A stretch of DNA of 34,642 nucleotides, taken from contig JANYLF010000192.1 in assembly GCA_025357995.1 (NCBI GenBank), positions 1 through 34,642 of the forward strand, read 5' to 3'. The number at the start of each line of letters is the position of its first letter. The first letter of the stretch is position 1. Position numbers and translations under genes: made by a program. The DNA comes from Acidimicrobiia bacterium (GTDB lineage: Bacteria > Actinomycetota > Acidimicrobiia > IMCC26256 > JAENVU01). Positions 26,690-34,642 of this stretch are shown here, piece after piece. Below the pieces are notes generated by a model. The model made no database searches. It had not been told where the DNA came from and was given only the letters and a program-made list of their open reading frames with translations.

Positions 26690-28129
26690 ATGAGCGGGTA
26701 CCGGCCGCTGGCGGCGGTGGTATTGGCCGCGGGTGAGGGAACGCGTATGCGTTCGTCGTTCCCGAAGGTGCTCCACCCGCTCTGTGGCCGTCCGATGTTG
26801 CTCCATGTGGTGGACGCGCTGGGTGCGCTGCCACTCGAGCGGATCGTCGTCGTCGTCGGTCACGGCGCGGAACGGGTCACCAAGACGCTCCAGGAGCAGG
26901 TCACCACCGAGGTGCCGGTGATCTTCGTGGACCAGAAGGTGCAGCGCGGGACGGGAGACGCCGCGAGTGTGGCGCTCACGGCGTTCGCCGACGATCCCGA
27001 CCTCGAGGGCGATGTGATCATCATGCCGGGCGATGCGCCGCTGGTCCGCTCGGAAGTGCTGGCCCGGCTGGCGACCGTGCACCGTGAGGCCGACGCCGCA
27101 GTCACGCTGCTGACCGCGGATCTCGAACCGTGGACGTGGAGCTTCGGCCGCATCGTGCGTGATTCTCAAGGCCGCGTCGAGCGCATCGTCGAGCGCACCG
27201 ACGCTACGGCCGAGGAGTTGGAACTCCCCGAAGTGAACACCTCGATCTACTGCTTCCGCCGCAGCTTGCTGGCGCCCGCGCTCCGGCGGCTCAGCCCCGA
27301 GAACGCGCAGGGCGAGTACTACCTGACCGACGCCGTCGCCGTTCTGCGGGAGGCCGGCCACCTCGTGGTCGCGGTCGCGGCCGACGATCCCGCGGCAGCC
27401 CGCCACGTGAACGATCGCGCGCAGCTCGCCACCGCAGAGGCGATACTGCGTGAACGGATCAACGAACGCTGGATGCTGGCCGGAGTGTCGATGGTGGACC
27501 CGAGTGCCACCTACATCGACGCGACCGTGCAGCTCGCGCCCGACGTTCGGCTCCTTCCCGGAACGATTCTCGAAGGTCACACCACGATCGCGACGGGCGC
27601 CGTGATCGGTCCCGACACGCGGTTGATCGACACGGTGGTGCACGAGCGCGCCGTCGTGCAGAACGCGGTCGCTCGCGACTCGGTGATCGGCGAAGATTGC
27701 TCCGTGGGTCCGTACGTGTCGCTGCGCGCGGGTACGCACCTCGGCGCGGGCGCGCACGTCGGCACCTTTGTCGAGACGAAGAACGCCGAGATCGGCGACG
27801 GTGCGAAAGTGCCGCACCTTTCGTACATGGGCGACGTGGAGATCGGACCGCGCGCCAATGTGGGCGCAGGCGCGATCACCGCCAACTACGACGGCACCAA
27901 TAAGCATCCAAGCAAGATCGGTGCCGACGCGCGGATCGGATCGAACTCGGTGTTGGTGGCGCCCGTCGTCGTGGGCGACGGCGCGTACACCGGCGCGGGG
28001 GCCGTGGTGACCCGTGACGTGGAGCCGGACACCCTCGTGAAGGGTGTTCCGGCGCAGCGAGACGAAGGTTGGACACCACGGCGCAAGGCTGAGGACTCGG
28101 AGCGCGAAGGCGCGGAGGACGACGACTGA
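26690..28129 (+). CDS. glmU: bifunctional UDP-N-acetylglucosamine pyrophosphorylase / glucosamine-1-phosphate N-acetyltransferase
   Basis: It has VVLAAGEGTRMRS..PKVLHPLCGRPML and C-terminal left-handed beta-helix hexapeptide repeats. The length (479 aa) is typical. Confidence 0.95.
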   Translation: MSGYRPLAAVVLAAGEGTRMRSSFPKVLHPLCGRPMLLHVVDALGALPLERIVVVVGHGAERVTKTLQEQVTTEVPVIFVDQKVQRGTGDAASVALTAFADDPDLEGDVIIMPGDAPLVRSEVLARLATVHREADAAVTLLTADLEPWTWSFGRIVRDSQGRVERIVERTDATAEELELPEVNTSIYCFRRSLLAPALRRLSPENAQGEYYLTDAVAVLREAGHLVVAVAADDPAAARHVNDRAQLATAEAILRERINERWMLAGVSMVDPSATYIDATVQLAPDVRLLPGTILEGHTTIATGAVIGPDTRLIDTVVHERAVVQNAVARDSVIGEDCSVGPYVSLRAGTHLGAGAHVGTFVETKNAEIGDGAKVPHLSYMGDVEIGPRANVGAGAITANYDGTNKHPSKIGADARIGSNSVLVAPVVVGDGAYTGAGAVVTRDVEPDTLVKGVPAQRDEGWTPRRKAEDSEREGAEDDD

Positions 28130-29118
28130 TGGAACTCACTCCCACCAAGACGCTGCAACTGTTTGCGGGCTCGGGCAACGCGGGCTTGTCGCAGGAAATC
28201 GCGGCGAGCATGGGCGTACCACTCGGCGATGTCACGCTGTCGCGCTTCGCGAACGGTGAGCTGTACTGCCGGCTCGGCGAGAACGTGCGCGGCGCGGATG
28301 TGTTCGTGCTCCAGGGTCACTGCGACCCGATCAACGATCACATCATGGAACAGCTGATCATGATCGACGCGCTGAAGCGCGCGTCGGCGCGTCGGATCAC
28401 CGCGGTGTGTCCGTTCTACGCGTACGCGCGGCAGGATCGGAAAGCCGAAGGGCGCGAGCCGATTACCGCGCGGTTGCTCGCCGACCTCTTCACTGTCGCC
28501 GGGGCCGACCGGGTGGTGGTGGTCGACCTGCACACCGGTCAGATCCAAGGCTTCTTCGACTTCCCCGTCGATCACCTCACCGCCGTGCCGCTCCTCGCGG
28601 ATCACCTCGTGGGCGTGCTGGACCGCAACACCGACGTCACCGTCGTGTCGCCCGACGCCGGCGGCGGCAAGTTGGCGCGCCGCTTCGCGAACTGCCTCGA
28701 TGGTCACGGGGTGAATGCCGACCTCGCGTTCATCGACAAGCGCCGCCCGAAGGGGACGCACAACGTCGCGGTCGCGACCGAGGTGGTCGGTCTCGTCGAC
28801 GGTCGTCAGTGCATCCTGATCGACGACATGATCGATACTGCCGGCACCGTCGTGAGCGCCGCCGAGCTGCTGATGAGCCGCGGCGCGTCCTCCGTCTCGA
28901 TTCTCGCGACGCACGGACTGCTGTCGGGCCCGGCCGTCGATCGATTGAAGAACGGTCCGATCCGCGACGTGGTGGTCACGAACTCGCTCCCCGTGCCTTC
29001 GGAGAAACACTTCGACGCGCTGACCGTGCTCTCCATCGCCCCGATCGTCGCCGAAGCACTGACCGCGGTCTTCCAAGAACGCAGCGTCTCCGAACTCTTC
29101 TCCGGCGACAACCAGTAA
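28129..29118 (+). CDS. prs: ribose-phosphate diphosphokinase
   Basis: It has YARQDRK, VVVVDLH and the PRPP loop ILIDDMIDTAGT. Its ATG shares one base with the glmU TGA. Confidence 0.95.
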   Translation: MELTPTKTLQLFAGSGNAGLSQEIAASMGVPLGDVTLSRFANGELYCRLGENVRGADVFVLQGHCDPINDHIMEQLIMIDALKRASARRITAVCPFYAYARQDRKAEGREPITARLLADLFTVAGADRVVVVDLHTGQIQGFFDFPVDHLTAVPLLADHLVGVLDRNTDVTVVSPDAGGGKLARRFANCLDGHGVNADLAFIDKRRPKGTHNVAVATEVVGLVDGRQCILIDDMIDTAGTVVSAAELLMSRGASSVSILATHGLLSGPAVDRLKNGPIRDVVVTNSLPVPSEKHFDALTVLSIAPIVAEALTAVFQERSVSELFSGDNQ

Positions 29119-29204
29119 CACCCCGGCGTTCGTAGTGACGTGAGCTTGGGCGGCAGGCGACCGACCCTGTCTGGCCGTGAACGTCCCGGACCTACGCTGC
29201 GGAA

Positions 29205-29630
29205 ATGACCAAGAACAGTCTGCGTCCCGTCTCAGTGGATGAGTCGATCGCGGCCCTTACCTTCCTCGCTGATCGGTTGCCGACCACCACTGCCGACGAA
29301 TCGGCTCTCGCATTCAACGAACTCTGCAAGTACCGCGACGGCGGAGTCTTTGTGGGGCACTGGGCCGGGACGAGCGAGTGGGAACGCCACCCCATCGGCG
29401 ATGAGATTGTGATGGTGATGGGCGGCGAAACGACGCTCTTCGTTTGGGCGGAGAGCGGCGAGCAACCGAACCGTCTCGGGGCCGGTGACCTTGTCGTCGT
29501 TCCACAAGGGACTTGGCACCGGTTCGAAACTCCACTCGGCGTCAAGGTGCTCAGCGTGACGCCCCAGCCGACGGATCATCGGACGGATCCGCCGAGCGAG
29601 AACTCGCGGAGGCCTCAGCCCGACCAGTGA
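29205..29630 (+). CDS. cupin-domain protein
   Basis: It has GTSEWERHPIGDEIVMVMGGE and GDLVVVPQGTWHRFE, the two cupin motifs. Confidence 0.75.
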   Translation: MTKNSLRPVSVDESIAALTFLADRLPTTTADESALAFNELCKYRDGGVFVGHWAGTSEWERHPIGDEIVMVMGGETTLFVWAESGEQPNRLGAGDLVVVPQGTWHRFETPLGVKVLSVTPQPTDHRTDPPSENSRRPQPDQ

Positions 29631-29794
29631 GGCGCGGGGCTCGCGTGTCGGGATTCAGAGATCGACAGCATGAACAGGGTCTCGTCGGCCCATTGATCGA
29701 GGAACGTCTCGGGCACACCGTCGCTGAAGAGGACGTCGGCCGCAGCCACGAGAACCTGTCGTACCTCATCGCGCGTGTGATTCGACGTGTCCAT
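29615..29794 (-). CDS. possible 59-aa small ORF (hypothetical)
   Basis: It is not in the ORF track because it is under 60 aa. ATG at 29792..29794 has a G-run 9 nt upstream. The product is MDTSNHTRDEVRQVLVAAADVLFSDGVPETFLDQWADETLFMLSISESRHASPAPHWSG. Third positions are mostly G/C. It is convergent with the cupin gene and overlaps its 3' end by 16 nt. I recognise no homology. Confidence 0.25.
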   Translation of the reverse strand: MDTSNHTRDEVRQVLVAAADVLFSDGVPETFLDQWADETLFMLSISESRHASPAPHWSG

Positions 29795-29946
29795 CTCGGG
29801 AACCCCCCTGCCGAGTGAAGGCTAAACCTGGTCCACCGAAAAGTGGTGGATTTGCAGGGAACCGCAGATCGTGGTTTGGTCTGGGAGGCTCCGTTCGGCC
29901 AGAATGGCCGGTCTCCCTTGCACCTCTTGAAGGAACCTCACGCGCC

Positions 29947-30615
29947 ATGTCTGATGTCATGCTCAAAGTCGAGCCTCGTGCCGAACTCGGTTCGGGACCC
30001 GCCGGTCGCTACCGCCGAGAAGGCAAAGTGCCCGCCACGGTGTACGGCCTGGAGGCCGACGCGCAGTCGGTGCTCGTGGGTGCCCGTGAGCTCGAGCGCA
30101 TTCTCCACGGCGCTAGTGGCGCGAACACGCTGATCACGCTCAACCTCGGCGAAGGCGACGCGCTTGCGCTGGCCCGCCAGATTCAGCGTCACCCGACGCG
30201 GGGCGATCTCGTCCACGTCGACTTCGTACGCATCCGCCGCGACATCGCGGTGACGGCCGACATCCCGCTCCACGTGGAAGGCGAAGCTCCGGGCGCACGC
30301 CAGGGCGGAATGGTCGAGCAGCTGCTGTTCTCGGTCACGATCGAAGCGATGCCGGGAAGCATCCCGAACTCGTTGACGGTCGACATTTCCGGCTTGGAGC
30401 TGGGCGACCAGATCCACGTCTCGGATCTCCCGGTCCCGGCTGGCGTCACGTTGCAACACGAGCCGGAGGAACTTGTCGTCCAGGTTGCGATTCCGCGCGG
30501 CCTTGACGAAGGGGAAGAGGGCGAAGGCGAAGGCGAAGAGGGCGGCGACGCGACTGGCGCCGCGGCCGACGGCGACGAATCCGGCAGCAGCGACTCCGGC
30601 GGCGGCGAGGAATAG
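29947..30615 (+). CDS. rplY: 50S ribosomal protein L25 / general stress protein Ctc (long form with acidic tail)
   Basis: It reads MSDVMLKVEPRAELGSGPAGRYRREGKVPATVYG...LARQIQRHPTRGDLVHVDF. GAAGGA lies upstream of the ATG at 29947. The C-terminal tail is rich in Glu and Gly. Confidence 0.9.
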   Translation: MSDVMLKVEPRAELGSGPAGRYRREGKVPATVYGLEADAQSVLVGARELERILHGASGANTLITLNLGEGDALALARQIQRHPTRGDLVHVDFVRIRRDIAVTADIPLHVEGEAPGARQGGMVEQLLFSVTIEAMPGSIPNSLTVDISGLELGDQIHVSDLPVPAGVTLQHEPEELVVQVAIPRGLDEGEEGEGEGEEGGDATGAAADGDESGSSDSGGGEE

Positions 30616-30621
30616 CCCGCA

Positions 30622-31218
30622 GTGCTCCGGCGCGATCGCGAACGCCGAGGCACCCCCGCCGACTTCCTCGTGGTGGGGCTCGGGAACCCGGGCTCGGAGT
30701 ACGCGAAGACGCGCCACAACGTGGGTGCGGAGGTCGTCGAACTCCTGGCGCGCCGCCACAATGCCAAGCTGCGCAAGGGCAAAGAACGCGCGCTCGTCGA
30801 CGAACGGAATATTGAAGGCAAACGAGTCGCACTGGCGATTCCGCTCACCTACATGAACGACTCCGGCGACGCGGTGCGTTTGCTCGCCCATCGATACGGG
30901 GTGGCGCCCGAGCAGATTGTGGTCGTGCAGGACGAGCTCGATCTTCCGGTCGCAGTCTTGAAGCTCAAGGCGGGCGGTGGGCTGGCCGGACACAACGGCC
31001 TGCGTTCGATCAAGGCGCATCTGCACAGTGACGCGTTCGTGCGCGTGCGGATCGGGGTGAGTAAGCCCGAGAGTAAGGAGCGCGGCGTTGATCATGTGCT
31101 CAACAAGTTCGGGAAGCGCGAGCGCACCGAGATCGATGTGACGGTCGAGCAAGCCGCGGATGCCGTCGAGGCGATCGTGCGCGACGGCATCGAAACCGCG
31201 ATGAACCGCTTCAACTGA
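30622..31218 (+). CDS. pth: aminoacyl-tRNA (peptidyl-tRNA) hydrolase
   Basis: It has LVVGLGNPGSEYAKTRHNVG, MNDSG, DELDL and GHNGLRS motifs. The GTG start at 30622 is uncertain. Confidence 0.9.
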   Translation: MLRRDRERRGTPADFLVVGLGNPGSEYAKTRHNVGAEVVELLARRHNAKLRKGKERALVDERNIEGKRVALAIPLTYMNDSGDAVRLLAHRYGVAPEQIVVVQDELDLPVAVLKLKAGGGLAGHNGLRSIKAHLHSDAFVRVRIGVSKPESKERGVDHVLNKFGKRERTEIDVTVEQAADAVEAIVRDGIETAMNRFN

Positions 31219-31239
31219 ACGGACCGCGAGCGGGAGCTG

Positions 31240-31830
31240 TCAGCGGTCCGTCAGCGCGTGCGCGAACGCGGCGAGGTCGTCCCAACACGGAACGTCGGGG
31301 TACTCGGTCGCGGTCGCCGCACCCTTTCCTGTCCGAACGAGCGCCGGCCGACACCCGAAGCGGCGCGCGGCTTCGATGTCGCGCCCGGCGTCGACCACGA
31401 ACCACGTGTCGGCCGGAGTGAAACCGAGCTCCGCGTGGGCCTGCTCCAACAACAAGGTGTCGGGTTTGCGACACCGACATCCGGCCTCGGGCGCGTGGTC
31501 GCAGACGTACCAGTGGTCGATCACGCCTCCGAGCCGGTGGTTGAGTTCGGCGTTGACGGCATCGAGCGTGGGCCGGTCCATGAGACCGCGGCCGACGGCC
31601 GACTGGTTCGTGACCACTGCCAATCCGTAGCCCGCATGCGCCAGTGCCGAACAACCCACCAGTGCTTGTGGCTCGACTTCGAGCTCGTCGAGGCGTTTGA
31701 CCGAATCCGGAAAGTCGACATTGAGGACGCCGTCCCTATCGAGAAGGATCACCCGGTTGCTACCCTCAAGCACTGTCCCTGCCCCGTCGAGAGACTCCGC
31801 GTGAACTTCGAAGAGGGTATTCGCGAACAT
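31240..31830 (-). CDS. gmhB: D-glycero-D-manno-heptose 1,7-bisphosphate phosphatase (HAD-IIIA)
   Basis: It has LLDRDGVLN (DxDGT/V-type nucleophile motif), VVTNQS, and the Zn-site pattern C.H......C.CRKP (YVCDHAPEAGCRCRKP). The start is either ATG 31830 or the GTG at 31773 (VLEGSNRVILLDRDG), which gives a more typical N-terminus. Confidence 0.8.
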   Translation of the reverse strand: MFANTLFEVHAESLDGAGTVLEGSNRVILLDRDGVLNVDFPDSVKRLDELEVEPQALVGCSALAHAGYGLAVVTNQSAVGRGLMDRPTLDAVNAELNHRLGGVIDHWYVCDHAPEAGCRCRKPDTLLLEQAHAELGFTPADTWFVVDAGRDIEAARRFGCRPALVRTGKGAATATEYPDVPCWDDLAAFAHALTDR

Positions 31831-31836
31831 CAATCG

Positions 31837-32382
31837 ATGATGACGGGGCTGGCCTCGTTGGGTCCAGTGCTGCGAGAAACGGCCGCGGCCATGATCGATC
31901 GCGTCGATGCGGGCGGGACGGTCTTCTGGTTCGGTAACGGTGGGAGCGCCACCCAGGCATTGCATTTCGCGACCGAGTTGGTCGGACGATTCGAGCGAAA
32001 CCGGCGCGGAATCCCCTCATATGCGCTGGTCGCGGACACGTCCTTGATTACTGCGGTCGCCAACGACTACTCCTTTGATGTGGTCTTCGCCCGCCAGATC
32101 GAGTCACTCTGCCGTCAGGGAGACGTCGCGGTCGGACTATCGACGTCGGGAAACAGTCCGAATGTGCTGCAAGCTATCGACGCCGCAGCATCCATCGGTG
32201 CACTCACCGTGGGATTGACCGGCGGCGACGGCGGCAAGCTCGCGCGCACGGTGGACCTCCCAATCGTGGTCGAGAACGATCGCACGTGCCGGATCCAAGA
32301 AGCGCATCTGTTCTTGGGTCACACGCTGTGCGAGATCATCGAGGCCGCGGTCGCTGAGAGTGACGATGTTCGACCGTCCTGA
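31837..32382 (+). CDS. gmhA: D-sedoheptulose-7-phosphate isomerase (SIS domain)
   Basis: It has FGNGGSATQALHFATELVGRF, TAVANDYSFDVVFARQ, LSTSGNSPNV and IQEAH. A GTG at 31801 (VNFEEGIREHQ...) would give a more typical N-terminal helix, so the start is uncertain. Confidence 0.85.
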   Translation: MMTGLASLGPVLRETAAAMIDRVDAGGTVFWFGNGGSATQALHFATELVGRFERNRRGIPSYALVADTSLITAVANDYSFDVVFARQIESLCRQGDVAVGLSTSGNSPNVLQAIDAAASIGALTVGLTGGDGGKLARTVDLPIVVENDRTCRIQEAHLFLGHTLCEIIEAAVAESDDVRPS

Positions 32383-33871
32383 CATCGTGCACGCCGCGGT
32401 GCGCGGTGGCTTCGCCGGAGTTCGCATGTTGGTCGTGGGTGACCTCATGCTCGACCGGTATCTGATCGGCGACGTGGTGCGCATCTCACCCGAAGCACCG
32501 GTCCCCGTCGTGCGGCTCGGGCGCGAAAGCGTCTCGGTCGGCGGCGCGGGCAATGTAGCGCTCAACCTGGCCGGCCTCGGCGTGCACGCCGACGTCGCGG
32601 GGTGGACGGGCGACGACGAGGCCGGGGCGCGGCTGCGTGAGCTCTTGGGCCTCGCGGGGGTGCGGGTCCAGGGCGTCGACGTGATCCGCGGCCGTCCCAC
32701 CACCACGAAGACTCGGGTGCTGTCCGGTCAGCAGCAGCTCGTGAGGATCGACGACGAAGATGCATCACCTCGATCGAGTGTGGAACGGCGCGCGTGGGAC
32801 GATCGAGTGATCGCGCTGTTGGACGACGGCTACGACGCGGTGGTGATCTCGGACTACGCGAAGGGTGTGCTGGCCGACGAGCTGTGCCGGCGCCTTATCA
32901 AACACTCGCGGCATCGCGGGATTCCGGTTCTCGTCGATCCGAAGGGTCTCGACTACGGCAAGTACCGCGGGGCCACGACGGTCACGCCGAACGAGACCGA
33001 GCTGGCGGCGACAACGCAGGTCTCGGCGTCGAACGCGTTCGAGCTCACCGAGGCCGCGGCGCGCTTGCGCGAGCTCCTGGACCTGGATTTCGTCACACTC
33101 ACCCGCGGTGAGGCCGGCATCTCGCTCGTGGAAGCAAGCGGGACGCGGCACGTGCCGGCGCGGGCGCGAGAGGTATTCGACGTTTCGGGCGCCGGAGATA
33201 CCGCGATCGCGACGCTCGCGGCGGGCATCGCGGTCGGCCTCGACGCCCACGACGCCGCGGTGCTCGCCAACCTCGCGGCCGGCATCATCGTCGGCAAGAC
33301 CGGCACCGTTCCGATTCGTCAAGACGAGCTGTTGGCCGCGCTCGGACCCGCAGTGGACGCGCCCCCACCGCTCGACGAAAAGGTCGTCACACTCGAGTCT
33401 GCCGTCGCGCTCGTCACCCGTTGGCGCAACGAAGGTCATGAGATCGGGTTCACGAATGGTTGCTTCGACCTCGTGCACGCAGGTCACGTCATCTATCTCG
33501 ACTGGGCGCGCCGCAACTGCGACCGGCTGATCCTCGGGCTCAATACCGATGTGTCGGTGCGAGCGCTCAAGGGCACCGGGCGTCCCGTCAACCACGAAGC
33601 CGCGCGTGCCCAGGTGCTCGCCGGGATGGCCGCGGTCGACGCGGTGGTGCTGTTCGCCGAACCCACGCCGCTCGCGGTCATCGAAGCAATTCGGCCCGAC
33701 GTGCTCATCAAGGGCGAGGACTACGCCGACGAAGACATCACCGGCGCGACCGAAGTCCGGTCGTGGGGCGGTCGCGTCCTACGCGCGCCTCTCACCGAAG
33801 GTCACAGCACGTCCGCGATGCTCGATCGCCTCGCGGCCCAGCCGATGACCGAATCTTACCGGCTCAGCTGA
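32366..33871 (+). CDS. hldE: bifunctional D-beta-D-heptose 7-phosphate kinase / D-beta-D-heptose 1-phosphate adenylyltransferase
   Basis: The N-terminal pfkB-type kinase has MLVVGDLMLDRY, PEAPVPVV, GGAGNVALNL and DVSGAGDT. The C-terminal cytidylyltransferase fold has GFTNGCFDLVHAGHVIYL. It overlaps the gmhA 3' end. A GTG at 32360 is an alternative start. Confidence 0.9.
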   Translation: MFDRPDIVHAAVRGGFAGVRMLVVGDLMLDRYLIGDVVRISPEAPVPVVRLGRESVSVGGAGNVALNLAGLGVHADVAGWTGDDEAGARLRELLGLAGVRVQGVDVIRGRPTTTKTRVLSGQQQLVRIDDEDASPRSSVERRAWDDRVIALLDDGYDAVVISDYAKGVLADELCRRLIKHSRHRGIPVLVDPKGLDYGKYRGATTVTPNETELAATTQVSASNAFELTEAAARLRELLDLDFVTLTRGEAGISLVEASGTRHVPARAREVFDVSGAGDTAIATLAAGIAVGLDAHDAAVLANLAAGIIVGKTGTVPIRQDELLAALGPAVDAPPPLDEKVVTLESAVALVTRWRNEGHEIGFTNGCFDLVHAGHVIYLDWARRNCDRLILGLNTDVSVRALKGTGRPVNHEAARAQVLAGMAAVDAVVLFAEPTPLAVIEAIRPDVLIKGEDYADEDITGATEVRSWGGRVLRAPLTEGHSTSAMLDRLAAQPMTESYRLS

Positions 33872-33912
33872 GGCGTTCGCCCGGCGGGGTCGTCGTCGGT
33901 CAGAGTGTCGGG

Positions 33913-34642
33913 ATGTCCGAACCGGCGCTGAGCGCGCTGCCGCGCCTGCTCGCCGAGGACGATGCCGTCGTCTCGGTCGCATCCGGACGCGCGGAGGTCG
34001 TCGCGGTCCCGGAAGCGGCCCGGCCGATCTTCGCGGCGGCCGTCCATCGACTGGCCGGGATCCGTCCGGTGTTGGTGGCAGTGCCGACGGCGGCCGAGGC
34101 GGAGCGCATCGCCGGTGATCTCGTGCCGATGCTCGGCGCCGATCAGGTCGAGCTGTTCCCGGCGTGGGAGACGCTTCCCTTCGAACGGGTATCACCCGCG
34201 CTGGAGACGATGGGGCGCCGTCTGCGCGTGATGTGGCGACTCCGCGAGGGTGGAGACACCGCGCCCGCGGTGGTGGTCGCGCCGGTGCGAGCCCTCGTGC
34301 AACGGCTCGGCCCACACGTGGAAGACATCGAGCCGGTGCAGCTGCGCGCCGGCGACACGGTCGAGCGCGACGAGCTCGTGGCGCGGCTCGTGTCGATGGG
34401 GTACCGACGCGAATACCAAGTGGAGGGTCGCGGCGAGGTTGCCGTGCGCGGTTCGATAGTCGACGTTTTCCCCGCGACCGCCGAACACCCGGTGCGGATC
34501 GACCAATGGGGCGACGAGGTCGAGCGACTCTCGAACTTCGCGGTCACGGATCAGCGCAGTACCCACACGGTTGAAACGGTCACGATCTTTCCGTGTCGGG
34601 AGTTGCTCCCGACCGACGAGGTCCGCGCCCGCGCGCGGGCGC
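33913..34642 (+). CDS. mfd: transcription-repair coupling factor, N-terminal part (runs off the window)
   Basis: This frame is absent from the ORF track because it has no stop inside the window. From the ATG at 33913 it reads MSEPALSALPRLLAED...LFPAWETLPFERVSP...YRREYQVEGRGEVAVRGSIVDVFPA...HPVRIDQWGDEVE, the UvrB-homology N-terminus of Mfd. Confidence 0.9.
   Translation, partial: MSEPALSALPRLLAEDDAVVSVASGRAEVVAVPEAARPIFAAAVHRLAGIRPVLVAVPTAAEAERIAGDLVPMLGADQVELFPAWETLPFERVSPALETMGRRLRVMWRLREGGDTAPAVVVAPVRALVQRLGPHVEDIEPVQLRAGDTVERDELVARLVSMGYRREYQVEGRGEVAVRGSIVDVFPATAEHPVRIDQWGDEVERLSNFAVTDQRSTHTVETVTIFPCRELLPTDEVRARARA

Noticed and set aside
26456-29121. Two long minus-strand ORFs (483 aa and 411 aa)
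   Set aside because: They are antisense to glmU and prs, both of which carry unambiguous catalytic motifs. These are high-GC antisense artefacts.
29832-29853. Hairpin UCCACC-GAAAAGU-GGUGGA followed by UUU, upstream of rplY
   Set aside because: It has only a 6-bp stem and a 3-U tract, and there is no upstream plus-strand gene ending nearby. It may be part of the rplY 5' UTR, but I cannot support a terminator or a known leader call.
29938-31152. 404-aa minus-strand ORF
   Set aside because: It is antisense to rplY and pth. It has no recognisable motifs and a compositionally biased product.

Overview
This is a very GC-rich, gene-dense chromosomal segment (GC judged by eye, not computed). Gene content and order point to an Actinobacteria-type genome. 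The conserved housekeeping backbone is rsmI, metG-tatD-(yabE/rpfB-like hydrolase)-rsmA-ispE, tRNA-Gln, glmU-prs, rplY(ctc)-pth and the 5' part of mfd. The left 19 kb is more accessory. It carries a Mo-oxidoreductase/cytochrome b pair, serC, a WS/DGAT acyltransferase, a SIMPL lipoprotein, an Rrf2 regulator with an FAD oxidoreductase, an OmpR/HK two-component system, a large membrane protein and an acyltransferase-3/SGNH protein. I found no transposase, integrase, CRISPR array, rRNA or recognisable defence genes. The most interesting signals are not visible in the plain ORF track. (1) Two same-frame ORFs at 738..968 and 990..1517 are separated only by a TGA. Read through, they give ...EALAD-U-GSCTSC..., a UGSC-type selenoprotein, with a perfect hairpin 11 nt downstream of the UGA. 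The gene sits in a tightly coupled operon with a thioredoxin-fold (CPTC) fusion protein and a NIPSNAP-like protein; this is my best candidate for an uncharacterised system. (2) Two tiny ribosomal-protein genes, bL37-like (28 aa) and bS22-like (33 aa), fall below or are hidden by ORF thresholds. (3) A roughly 155-nt structured leader resembling a ydaO/c-di-AMP riboswitch lies upstream of a DUF348-G5-3D/DPBB cell-wall hydrolase at the conserved rpfB/yabE position. (4) An ADP-heptose set (gmhB divergent from gmhA-hldE, with essentially no intergenic space) lies between pth and mfd. All family assignments rest on reading motifs and on memory of the families. No database search was run.
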